Assembly: GCA_024402715.1 (NCBI GenBank)
Contig: JAKSTF010000001.1
Coordinates: forward strand, 6,757-70,756
From: Alphaproteobacteria bacterium
GTDB taxonomy: Bacteria; Pseudomonadota; Alphaproteobacteria; Rs-D84
Length of the DNA stretch: 64,000 nt
Direction of reading: 5' to 3'
Shown here: in pieces, positions 51,538 through 60,659 of the stretch
Position numbering within the stretch: position 1 is the stretch's first letter
Layout of the letters: each line of letters opens with the position of its first letter
Notes under the pieces: generated by a model
Seen by the model: the letters and a program-made list of their open reading frames with translations, nothing else
The model's database searches: none
What the model was told of the DNA's origin: nothing
Program-made: the position numbers and the translations under genes

Positions 51538-51645
51538 GTCACTTAAATGAATCAACAAAAACTTGATTGCCCGAATATTTATAAAACTAGACCGTTTTGA
51601 AAAATATATTTGTCGAACAACAACCCAAAGAGTAATAAATTCAAA

Positions 51646-51671
51646 CAAAAACCGCACTTAAAAAGTGCGGT
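51646..51671 (-). terminator. Terminator after the tRNA pair
   Basis: ACCGCACTT..AAGTGCGGT followed by a U-tract on the minus strand. Confidence 0.75.
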
Positions 51672-51679
51672 GTATCTTT

Positions 51680-51765
51680 TGGTGGGAGTGGTAGGAGTCG
51701 AACCTACTCAAGCATAGCTAACAGATTTACAGTCTGCCCCGGCTCTCCGACTCCGGCGCACGCCC
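51680..51765 (-). tRNA. tRNA-Tyr (GTA)
   Basis: GCAGA-CTGTAAA-TCTGT anticodon arm, long variable arm, GGTTCGACTCC T-arm, encoded ACCA; one C-U mismatch in the acceptor stem. Confidence 0.95.
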
Positions 51766-51797
51766 AATCTTCCAGAATTTGAATTCAAACAAATTCT

Positions 51798-51872
51798 TGG
51801 TGCGGGCAGCGGGAATCGAACCCGCATTTCAAGCTTGGAAGGCTTGCATACTAGCCTTTGTACTATGCCCGC
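51798..51872 (-). tRNA. tRNA-Gly (TCC)
   Basis: GCGGGCA/TGCCCGC acceptor stem, CTTCCAA anticodon loop, GGTTCGATTCC T-arm, encoded CCA. Confidence 0.96.
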
Positions 51873-51933
51873 AACAAATTCAAAGCACATTGATTATATA
51901 ACATTTTTACCAAAACGCAAGCCTTTCTTTATT

Positions 51934-52704
51934 TTAAAATTTATTTAATGAATTATGGCAATGTTCACCATCGGATTCGGTTTTACAACAACCAAACTGG
52001 CCATTTCCCAAATCTTTGAATTTTTCACCATCACAACATCCAAATTTATTTGGTTTTACCCCGTCTTCACATAATCCGGCGGCCAAATTAGCTGCTGTCT
52101 TGGCTTTGATGTCATCATCAGATTCAACAATATTACCATCCACATTTTCCGATGCATTATCTTGATTAGGTTTCAATAAAAATTCATATAACTTTAAAGT
52201 TTCTTCGGGGGCAACCTGTTTATCAATACAATACTTTTTATGATTATCTGTTAATGTTTGTTTATTTTCTTCATCGGTTTCCGAATTCATTGCCTCAGCC
52301 AATAATACACATACCCTTTCTTGACGTGCATACAATTCAGGTGAATAAACCGCTTCCGTTTTTATCGAATCCGTATCTTTTTTTTCTTTGATAACATTAT
52401 GATTACTGCGATTTAATGCCGCACGATTGGCCGCACGGGCGGTGCAATTTTTTCTATGCCGTGCTTGCATATCGGTTAAACGCGCACTTTCTTCAGAAGA
52501 AGGTTCATCCATTGCACGCAGACGTGCGATTTCTGAATTTATTTCATCACATGTCATACGAACAGAAACATTTTGATCTGTTGCGGATGCCGTATTTTCT
52601 GCATCTGTAACAATTTCTGTATCCACCGTATCATCGGCAATTACCGGTGAAATAACAGATAACGCAAATACGCTGGATAAAATTATTTTTGTTATGTTAT
52701 TCAT
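51934..52704 (-). CDS. Hypothetical secreted Cys-rich protein
   Basis: Signal peptide (..SPVIA); paired Cys and a C-terminal C..GCC..GCC..C module. Confidence 0.7.
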   Translation of the reverse strand: MNNITKIILSSVFALSVISPVIADDTVDTEIVTDAENTASATDQNVSVRMTCDEINSEIARLRAMDEPSSEESARLTDMQARHRKNCTARAANRAALNRSNHNVIKEKKDTDSIKTEAVYSPELYARQERVCVLLAEAMNSETDEENKQTLTDNHKKYCIDKQVAPEETLKLYEFLLKPNQDNASENVDGNIVESDDDIKAKTAANLAAGLCEDGVKPNKFGCCDGEKFKDLGNGQFGCCKTESDGEHCHNSLNKF

Positions 52705-53542
52705 TTATAACCTTTTCCATTGTTAAAATAAAATCAATTGCAGGCTCTGTTAATTTCTGCATTTTATTCAATACTTCACGGGCCGCATCACGCATTTGTA
52801 ATTTTTTATATGTATCTATTATTAATTCAACATTGTGTTCTGATGAAATTTCATGTTTATCCATTAACGCAGACGCTATTTCCAATTGATTCAATGCATT
52901 TAACTTGTATTTTTCTGCATTTTCTGGACAACCACGTTCGGCCATCGTACTGTAAACATCAGCATTATTTAAATAGTCACGTGCATTGTTTGGATTATAT
53001 AAGCGGTACGATAAATTACGTTCTATTTCCGCACATGGACGAACATTTGTTTTATATTCCGGATTTTCATTTCTCAACGCAGCGGCAATTTCTTTTTCTG
53101 TTTCTGCCAATTCCCGATATTTACCGGTATTTTCTGGACATCCATATTCTGCTAAATTCGCATATATATCACTGTTTATAATGTGTGGTTCTGTATTTTC
53201 ATCGTTAGATGAATTCAATTTTCCTAATTGAATTACTTCTATTTGGGCACATGCACGTGTATCAGATTTTTCAGTTAAATTTGCCGTATCTTTTGATAAA
53301 ATATGACCATGACAATTTCGTTCATATATTAATTGCCATTTTTCTAAACTATCAAATTCGGAAAAGTCAACAGCTTTACTAATTTTATTTGCGATTACAT
53401 CACACTCATTTTGAGTCATACGCATGCGCTTTACCTCTGGCGAATGGAATGACATTCCAAGCATCAAACCACTGGCAAACAATCCACCAAGTGCAATAAA
53501 TGCAAAAATTTTTTGTTTTGTATTGTTGTTTTTTATCATCAT
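52697..53542 (-). CDS. Hypothetical membrane-anchored protein with two internal GCPEN repeats
   Basis: N-terminal TM; CAQIE..GCPEN..EIAAAL and CAEIE..GCPEN..EIASAL. Confidence 0.75.
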   Translation of the reverse strand: MMIKNNNTKQKIFAFIALGGLFASGLMLGMSFHSPEVKRMRMTQNECDVIANKISKAVDFSEFDSLEKWQLIYERNCHGHILSKDTANLTEKSDTRACAQIEVIQLGKLNSSNDENTEPHIINSDIYANLAEYGCPENTGKYRELAETEKEIAAALRNENPEYKTNVRPCAEIERNLSYRLYNPNNARDYLNNADVYSTMAERGCPENAEKYKLNALNQLEIASALMDKHEISSEHNVELIIDTYKKLQMRDAAREVLNKMQKLTEPAIDFILTMEKVINE

Positions 53543-53564
53543 TCTCCCTCTGGTTTGATTATGA

Positions 53565-54275
53565 TTATACCACAAAACCATCTTTGATTGTAATTTTTCT
53601 GTCTGCACGTTCCGCCAATGTCATATCGTGCGTAACAAATAACATAGCCATTTTATTTTTACGCACCATTTCCAGCAACATATCAAATACAGCAACTGCA
53701 TGTGCCGGATCTAAACTTCCTGTTGGTTCATCAGCCAACAAAATTTCTGGATCATTTGCCAACGCACGCGCAACTGCGGTGCGTTGTTGTTCACCACCAG
53801 ACATTTGTCCCGGTAAATGTGATATACGATGTACAACCCCGGTTGCCCGCATTAAGCGCATTGCACGTGCTGTTGCTGCATCTGCACCGATATTATTAGC
53901 CAACATTGGCAACATAACATTTTCCAACGCAGTAAAATCTGATAATAAATTATGTCGTTGATATACAAAACCTATTTTTTTACGCCGGACCATTGTGCGC
54001 ATTTCATCATCCATTTTATGAACGGGCGTTCCATCTAATAAAATGCTGCCACTGGTTGGTTTATCTAATAATCCTACACACTGTAACAATGTAGATTTAC
54101 CACTGCCCGATTGTCCAACCAATGCAACAATCTCTCCACGATGCAAATCAAAACCACCACCACGTAAAATTTGCAACGGCTGTCCACCTTCGACAAAAGT
54201 TTTATTTATGTCACGTACAGACAAAATTGCTGTATCATTTCGTACCTGTGATAAAGAATTTAATATATTCGCCAT
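53565..54275 (-). CDS. lolD: Lipoprotein-releasing ABC transporter ATPase LolD
   Basis: GQSGSGKST, MSGGEQQR, LLADEPTGSLD; follows the lolC/E gene. Confidence 0.9.
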   Translation of the reverse strand: MANILNSLSQVRNDTAILSVRDINKTFVEGGQPLQILRGGGFDLHRGEIVALVGQSGSGKSTLLQCVGLLDKPTSGSILLDGTPVHKMDDEMRTMVRRKKIGFVYQRHNLLSDFTALENVMLPMLANNIGADAATARAMRLMRATGVVHRISHLPGQMSGGEQQRTAVARALANDPEILLADEPTGSLDPAHAVAVFDMLLEMVRKNKMAMLFVTHDMTLAERADRKITIKDGFVV

Positions 54276-54290
54276 AATCTTTACCCTTAT

Positions 54291-55544
54291 TTATTCATTT
54301 CGTAAAACATCAACTGGGTCTGTATTAGATGCCTTCCATGCAGGATATAATGTTGCCAAAAATGCCAAACCTATTGCCAATAATGCAATTCCAACAACCT
54401 GCGATAGCACCAACTTTGACGGTAATTCAGATAAATAATATAAATCCGCAGGAAACAAATCCCGCCCCGTCAACCATTGAAAGAAATGACGAATTGGCTC
54501 AATATAAATTGCAATAATAACACCAAATACGATTCCAAACAAAGTCCCAACCAAACCTATGCTTGTTCCCGATAAAATAAATATTTTCATCATCGAACGT
54601 CTGGACACGCCAAATGTACGCAAAACAGCAATATCACGTGATTTATCTTTAACCAACATAACTAAACTGGAAACGATATTAAATGCAGCAACAATAACTA
54701 TTAACAGTAGTATCAAAAACATTACATTTGATTCAACCTGTAATGCACCAACAAATCCACGATTTAAATCACGCCAATCACGGATAATAAAACCATCTGG
54801 TAATAAACGTGATAAACTATCAACCACTGTGCGGGTATCTTCTGGATTTTTCAAAAACAAATCAATATGTGTAACAGCATCTGAGATATTCAAATATTTT
54901 TGTGCGGTTTCAAGTGGCATAAAAATATATCCGGAATCGTATTCGTACATTCCCATAAAAAACGATGACATAACTGGGTACGCCATAATACGAGGCATTG
55001 CACCAAATGGTGTTGGCGTCGCACCGTTTGCAGATATCAATGAAATTTTATCCCCCATTGTAACCCCCAAATTACGCGTTAATGAGGCCCCAGCAATTAA
55101 TTGTCCATCCGTTATTTTATCTAATGGCTGGCCATAAATCTTAGCCGTTGTTGCAACGTTGTTTAATAAGTCAGATATACGAATTCCACGAATCATTGCC
55201 CCTGTATTATTTCCACGTGCCGATGCCATAACCTGCCCTTCGGCAATCGGAACTATTGCCACCGCATTTGCGGTCACAATTTTATTTTGCCGCATTTTAT
55301 CAATTAAAAAATCATAATCCTTTATCGCACCATTTTGATGATAAACAACAACATGTCCATTCATCCCAACAATACGTGCCAGCAATGTTTCATGAAACCC
55401 ACCCATTACAGACATCACAACGATCAATGTCGTCACACCAAGCGTTATACCAATCAAAGATACCCACGAAATAACAGAGCCAAACCCACGTTTTTTTGCA
55501 GATAAATATCTAAAAGCAACCTTGCGTTCTAATTTCGAAAACAT
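54291..55544 (-). CDS. lolC: Lipoprotein-releasing ABC transporter permease LolC/E
   Basis: SLIGITLGV..IVVMSVMGGF, VAAFNIVSSLVMLVKDK..DIAVLRTFG, YPAWKA. Confidence 0.88.
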   Translation of the reverse strand: MFSKLERKVAFRYLSAKKRGFGSVISWVSLIGITLGVTTLIVVMSVMGGFHETLLARIVGMNGHVVVYHQNGAIKDYDFLIDKMRQNKIVTANAVAIVPIAEGQVMASARGNNTGAMIRGIRISDLLNNVATTAKIYGQPLDKITDGQLIAGASLTRNLGVTMGDKISLISANGATPTPFGAMPRIMAYPVMSSFFMGMYEYDSGYIFMPLETAQKYLNISDAVTHIDLFLKNPEDTRTVVDSLSRLLPDGFIIRDWRDLNRGFVGALQVESNVMFLILLLIVIVAAFNIVSSLVMLVKDKSRDIAVLRTFGVSRRSMMKIFILSGTSIGLVGTLFGIVFGVIIAIYIEPIRHFFQWLTGRDLFPADLYYLSELPSKLVLSQVVGIALLAIGLAFLATLYPAWKASNTDPVDVLRNE

Positions 55545-55556
55545 AATTCAATCACC

Positions 55557-56894
55557 CTATTCACTTAAAAATGCACGTAAAGCATCCCCAACCAATGGTG
55601 TTTTGGCATCAGTACTTTGTTGTTTTGCATCAACAATAGATATCACACGTGGCGACATAAATACAACCAATTCTGCAAATGGATTTATTAACGTTTCCGG
55701 TGTTGTTACAAATGAGTGTGTTGGAATACCAACAATAACGTAATTATCCCCGACACTGGTTGGAACATTAAATGACGCCAATTCCCCATTACTGGTACGC
55801 AACACAATTTTCGCATCAATTTTTTTACGTGTACCGAAATCACCGTATTTTGCCGTGGCACCAATAATTAAATCTGTTTCCAATCTATCTTCTTTGCTGC
55901 ATTGACCAATATCAAAACGAGATTGCCATCCATTTGGTATAACAAATTGCCCCTGAGAAATTAAAACAACATTTGCCTGTTGCGACATAAATTCTTGCAA
56001 TGTTTTGGTATTAATTTCTGGTCCCACAACCAATGTTCTGCCAACGACACCCGGGATAGACATTTTAATATTTTTATCACCAAACGCTGGCAATAAATTC
56101 ATCCACACAATCGGATTATCAGTACGTGGATATACACGATACACATCAATATCCCATGCAATCATATACTTTTTAGCTGCAACATCAGATATAATTCTAG
56201 AAACTTCCCGTTCTGTTTGATAATTTCCTTCGAATACAACGGTTTTATCATGCCAATCAACCAACAAATTACGCAAATCAGCACCATGCATCGCATCTAA
56301 TAATGCCATTATTATATTTTCATTTTGTGGCATTTTTATCATCCATTTTGCACGGTGCATCAAATTAATTTCAGCCATTTCTGCATCATAAGAGTAATAT
56401 ACATGTCCCATTTTTGTCATCAATTCAACTGCGTCAGACAACATTCCTGCCGAAATAGAACCAGATATTTTTTCAATCATTTCTCCATTTTCTGAAACAC
56501 TTATATCTGTACCATCTAACAACTTTTCCAGCGCACGTTTTACAGTCAAATCACGAAATTCATAATCCGAAACCTGCAAATCTGGTAATTTATCACCGGC
56601 ATCCAAACGGATGATTTCTATTTTTTCGGCAGGCACAACAGAAACGACCGCCTGATTATCCCAATTAACATCACAACGTTTTGGCAAATCAATTGCAAAC
56701 CTACGTGCCGTATCTGTTGTTAATGCGGCCTTTTTCGGAAAAATTGGAACAGAATTTTCATCTATCACCAAATTTTCAACAACCGTAACCGTATCGTACA
56801 AAGGCTCTGCATTACGATTGTTATTACATGCAGCACAACAAAAAACGACCATCAACACTGCAAACACCCCACAAAATTTATTAAAATTTTTCAT
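55557..56894 (-). CDS. Hypothetical lipoprotein, possibly a degenerate secretin-like (PilN/BfpB-type) protein
   Basis: Lipobox-like CAAC; STN/N0-like segment (FRDLTVKRALEKLL); C-terminal ELVVFMSPRVI resembles the secretin ELxxxITPxI motif. Confidence 0.45.
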   Translation of the reverse strand: MKNFNKFCGVFAVLMVVFCCAACNNNRNAEPLYDTVTVVENLVIDENSVPIFPKKAALTTDTARRFAIDLPKRCDVNWDNQAVVSVVPAEKIEIIRLDAGDKLPDLQVSDYEFRDLTVKRALEKLLDGTDISVSENGEMIEKISGSISAGMLSDAVELMTKMGHVYYSYDAEMAEINLMHRAKWMIKMPQNENIIMALLDAMHGADLRNLLVDWHDKTVVFEGNYQTEREVSRIISDVAAKKYMIAWDIDVYRVYPRTDNPIVWMNLLPAFGDKNIKMSIPGVVGRTLVVGPEINTKTLQEFMSQQANVVLISQGQFVIPNGWQSRFDIGQCSKEDRLETDLIIGATAKYGDFGTRKKIDAKIVLRTSNGELASFNVPTSVGDNYVIVGIPTHSFVTTPETLINPFAELVVFMSPRVISIVDAKQQSTDAKTPLVGDALRAFLSE

Positions 56895-56923
56895 GATTTT
56901 ACCTTTGGTTTTATCAAATATTA

Positions 56924-57250
56924 CTAAATATTCATCAATCTTTCAAATTCTTCCAATGTCATTTCATGAATTGGCCGTTGTGTTGGGGTTGTTAAAGATT
57001 TTATACGTTCATAATTTTGCACAAAACGCTCTATCACACTGGCAATATCTGAACCTATTTGTTCTTGTTTATTTTGCATCAAACGGCGTCCATATTCTGC
57101 AGTATACTCTAAAACGTCGGCCGCAAAAAAACGTCCAACATAATTTTCCATTGAAATTCCACCTTTTTCCACACAAATTGCAGACATAACCATTGTCATT
57201 TGGTTATAAAAATTTGCCAATTTTATAAAATTTTGCGCGGTTATTGCCAT
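56924..57250 (-). CDS. Hypothetical protein
   Basis: 108-aa ORF with a GGGG RBS. Confidence 0.6.
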   Translation of the reverse strand: MAITAQNFIKLANFYNQMTMVMSAICVEKGGISMENYVGRFFAADVLEYTAEYGRRLMQNKQEQIGSDIASVIERFVQNYERIKSLTTPTQRPIHEMTLEEFERLMNI

Positions 57251-57324
57251 TCTATGCCCCCATACTGTTTTTTGCATTATAAAAACTATTGCCCCACTAA
57301 GGCAATTAAATTATAATATGCAAC

Positions 57325-57705
57325 ATGAAATTAAAACACATAGCACTTGTATTATCATTATCGGCATGCGCATCCGTTAATCAAGGCAGCATTGATGATG
57401 CAACTATATTAAATTGGGAAAATGAATCTGTTACGACAGAACAGTTTGTTCGTGATCATAAATCTTGTTTAGGTATAAATAAACCAGCATACCAACCACG
57501 ATCGCGTATTGCAAAATTAATTGCCCCAAACCAAAGTGCAATTATGCCAGATTGGGACGGCTTGTGGGTAACATTTCAATCTAATGAATATCGTGATACC
57601 AGTCAACGCAGTCTGTTAAGCGTTCCCAGAAACACAACATCCAAATCAGTTGGTGCATATCGTAAATGTATGTTTAGACGTGGATATTTATTGCGTGGCA
57701 GTTAA
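57325..57705 (+). CDS. Hypothetical lipoprotein
   Basis: Lipobox LSAC; FVRDHKSC..YRKCMFRRGY. Confidence 0.75.
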   Translation: MKLKHIALVLSLSACASVNQGSIDDATILNWENESVTTEQFVRDHKSCLGINKPAYQPRSRIAKLIAPNQSAIMPDWDGLWVTFQSNEYRDTSQRSLLSVPRNTTSKSVGAYRKCMFRRGYLLRGS

Positions 57706-57764
57706 TAACTTTTTTATTGGTCTGCCCTTGTTTTATACTATATTTTTGTGATATAATCCAAGAT

Positions 57765-58445
57765 ATGAAAAGAACAATCCATTTTTGGGGGTATTTTGTG
57801 TTGTCAATTGTTTTGGCAACATATTTTTCAACCAAAATTATCATCACCAGTCGTGGTCAATCAGGCATGTCCCAAGTCCACAAAATATACGTCAATGCAG
57901 ATACTGCCAACGCAGATTTAACTGCGGTTGCATCCGCCGCAGCTGTTACACCAGGAACAAATTCTTATGCACTTGATTTACAACAGGTTAATGCACGCGT
58001 TGCGTTGATTCCAGGCGTAAAAAATTCTGCAGTTCATCGCCGTCCAGATGGAAATTTAGATGTAATAGTATCTTTTTATAAAACAATTGCCGTATGGACA
58101 GATGGTGAAAAATTTTATCCACTGTCAGCAGATGGGACAATTGTGAAAGAACCAAGTAATATGCACACACCGGAATCCGTCTTATTTCGTGGCAAATTAC
58201 CAAATGATATATCTGGTATAACGGCTGCGGCACGTGGAATTGTACGACATTTAGATTATTTAGAATGGATTGAAGGCCGGCGATGGAATTTGATAACAAC
58301 TGGTGGTACGACTATTATGTTACCAGAAAAAAATCCTGAAACGGCAATTGCAAGTTTGATAGTTTTACACCAAAACAACAACATATTGAATAAAGACATA
58401 CAAATGATAGATATGCGTGATGATATGCGAATATTGGTGAAATAA
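57765..58445 (+). CDS. ftsQ: Cell division protein FtsQ
   Basis: TM, POTRA (PGVKNSAVHRRPDG), RRWNL..LPE, IDMRDD; upstream of the ftsA-like gene. Confidence 0.85.
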   Translation: MKRTIHFWGYFVLSIVLATYFSTKIIITSRGQSGMSQVHKIYVNADTANADLTAVASAAAVTPGTNSYALDLQQVNARVALIPGVKNSAVHRRPDGNLDVIVSFYKTIAVWTDGEKFYPLSADGTIVKEPSNMHTPESVLFRGKLPNDISGITAAARGIVRHLDYLEWIEGRRWNLITTGGTTIMLPEKNPETAIASLIVLHQNNNILNKDIQMIDMRDDMRILVK

Positions 58446-58448
58446 TAC

Positions 58449-60239
58449 ATGAATTTTGCGAATTCTTCTTTTTTATGTTTGGATATCGGCAGCAGTTGTG
58501 TTCGCGGCATTGCCCAACATATACGTTCGGGTACAATTAATCGTATTGCTATGCACGAAGTCATTAGTGGTGATACTGTTTATGCAATAAAATCAGTTGT
58601 CGATGAATTAGAAAATGAACTTAATACACATTTTGATTCTGCATATATCACAGGGAATTTTGGCCAATCAATATTTAAAATAATTCCGCAAAACATAACA
58701 TGGAATCATGAACATAAAATTATCCATGATGATGTTTTAAATCAAATTTTACAAATCCATGTACCTGATGATTTTTTTTGTATGCACCTATTTCCTTTAC
58801 GATACGATACATCAAAAAAATCTGACTTACCAATTCCAGTTGGGTATACAGATACAAAATTAGATTCTCTGTTCAGTGCGATATTTTATCCTAACAAAGA
58901 AATGAAACAATTATCTGATGTGCTGCGCAAGTCGCATATTCAGCCAAAGTTTTTTTACGATCCGCAATTTTTGCAAAATTCGGTCTATTGTCCTATAAAA
59001 CAACGTGTACTGTATATAGATTTTGGTGCCCAATTTACATCTGTATCAATTTGGACCGCACGTGGACCACTTTGTCATCAAAAAATAAAACGCGGTGGGG
59101 CGGATTTAACAAATATAATTTCACAAAAATTGAACCTGAGTTGGGATGAAGCAGAACGTATAAAATGTAATACTGCCCGTTTGTTACCCAACAACACGGA
59201 TCGTTTTACACCCGCTGATACGCAGTATGATTTTTCACGTGCAGATATAAATGATATTATTGTCCCATATATGACAGATTTGTGTGCCGAAATAAAATCT
59301 TTAATTGGTAATGATATAAAAAAATATCAACCACAAAAGATTATTTTAACCGGCGGAGGTGCAAAAGCAGACGGGGCAGCGATTTTTATCGAAAATATGT
59401 TTTGTATTCCAATTCAAAATATTGATATAAATTCATATACATACGCATCCGTCCAGGCATTAGCAAAACATGTGTGGAATAATGAAACGCCACAATATAA
59501 AAATTATATTACAAAACGTAAAAAATTACAGACATTTGGTATAAAAATATTATCTTTATTAATGCCTAAACGCCGTATTCACAAACGTAAACATATAATT
59601 CCTGTTATGCCCAGCACCATATGCTTTGACATGAAAAATCCTGTAACCTATTCTATGTTTATGTCTGCAGGAATTGGGGCATTACACATTGATATTATGG
59701 ACGGGTTGTATGTTCCAAAAATGGCAGGCAGTATCAAAGAATTAAATTTTATCCGAACACATACAAACATGCATCTGCATGTACATCTAATGACAGAATG
59801 TCCTGCTGTATGGGCACATAATGTTATTAATGCAGGTGCAGATACAGTAATTGTATCAACGAAGACATCTGGTTTGCGTCAAGCAATTCAAACTGTCCAT
59901 AAAATGGGTAAACGCGTAGGAATCGCATTGAATCCAGATTCTTCACCAAAAATTTTAAAATCAATATTACGCGAATTGGATGAAGTTATGGTCATGACAG
60001 TTATTCCCGGTGCATCTGGCCAATTATTTCAACACAAATGCCTAAAAAAGATTTCTATGTTGGCCGCGACAAGAAAAAAATACGGATTAAAATATACGAT
60101 CTCGGTTGATGGTGGAATAAATGCGGACACAGCAAAAATGTGCTGGGCCGCTGGGGCCGATTTATTGGTTAGCGGTTCTTATTTAGCCACGGCATCAGAT
60201 TTTCCATTGGCGGTTCAAAGTTTATTAAAACGGGCATAA
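58449..60239 (+). CDS. FtsA-like actin-fold protein fused to ribulose-phosphate 3-epimerase
   Basis: N part: LDIGSS, IDFGA, AERIK, ILTGGGA; C part: LHIDIMDG, HVHLM, GIALNP, VMTVIPG.SGQ, VDGGIN, GADLLVSGS. Confidence 0.85.
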   Translation: MNFANSSFLCLDIGSSCVRGIAQHIRSGTINRIAMHEVISGDTVYAIKSVVDELENELNTHFDSAYITGNFGQSIFKIIPQNITWNHEHKIIHDDVLNQILQIHVPDDFFCMHLFPLRYDTSKKSDLPIPVGYTDTKLDSLFSAIFYPNKEMKQLSDVLRKSHIQPKFFYDPQFLQNSVYCPIKQRVLYIDFGAQFTSVSIWTARGPLCHQKIKRGGADLTNIISQKLNLSWDEAERIKCNTARLLPNNTDRFTPADTQYDFSRADINDIIVPYMTDLCAEIKSLIGNDIKKYQPQKIILTGGGAKADGAAIFIENMFCIPIQNIDINSYTYASVQALAKHVWNNETPQYKNYITKRKKLQTFGIKILSLLMPKRRIHKRKHIIPVMPSTICFDMKNPVTYSMFMSAGIGALHIDIMDGLYVPKMAGSIKELNFIRTHTNMHLHVHLMTECPAVWAHNVINAGADTVIVSTKTSGLRQAIQTVHKMGKRVGIALNPDSSPKILKSILRELDEVMVMTVIPGASGQLFQHKCLKKISMLAATRKKYGLKYTISVDGGINADTAKMCWAAGADLLVSGSYLATASDFPLAVQSLLKRA

Positions 60240-60243
60240 AATA

Positions 60244-60654
60244 TTACGCCTGTTTTATAAAAATTTTCCGACCATCGCCACATTCATTTAAATATAAATG
60301 TATCGTATTATAGGGCAAAATATCATTAGCAACTTCTGGCCATTCAATCAATGTAATATCATTTTCAATGGCGTGCTGCAAACCTATTTCTGTTAATTCT
60401 GATACATCTTCTATTCTGTATAAATCAAAGTGAGAAATTCCATCATACGACTGAACAATTGTAAATGTTGGGCTGGGGACAATGGTATCCGTTCCACGCA
60501 GTGTTTGAATAATTATACGTGATATTTCACTTTTACCAACCCCCAAATCACCATGTAATGCAACTGTTACCGGCGCATGCAAGTTGTGGGCAAAATCACG
60601 TGCAAAAGCATGTGTTTCATTAATATTTTTCGTAATGATTGTTTGTTCTACCAT
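60244..60654 (-). CDS. tsaE: tRNA threonylcarbamoyladenosine biosynthesis ATPase TsaE
   Basis: LHGDLGVGKS, VPSPTFTIVQSY, HFDLYR, LIEWPE. Confidence 0.95.
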   Translation of the reverse strand: MVEQTIITKNINETHAFARDFAHNLHAPVTVALHGDLGVGKSEISRIIIQTLRGTDTIVPSPTFTIVQSYDGISHFDLYRIEDVSELTEIGLQHAIENDITLIEWPEVANDILPYNTIHLYLNECGDGRKIFIKQA

Positions 60655-60659
60655 AATTT

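Noticed and set aside
51708-51890. 60-aa ORF
   Set aside because: Overlaps tRNA-Gly and tRNA-Tyr on the same strand; spurious.
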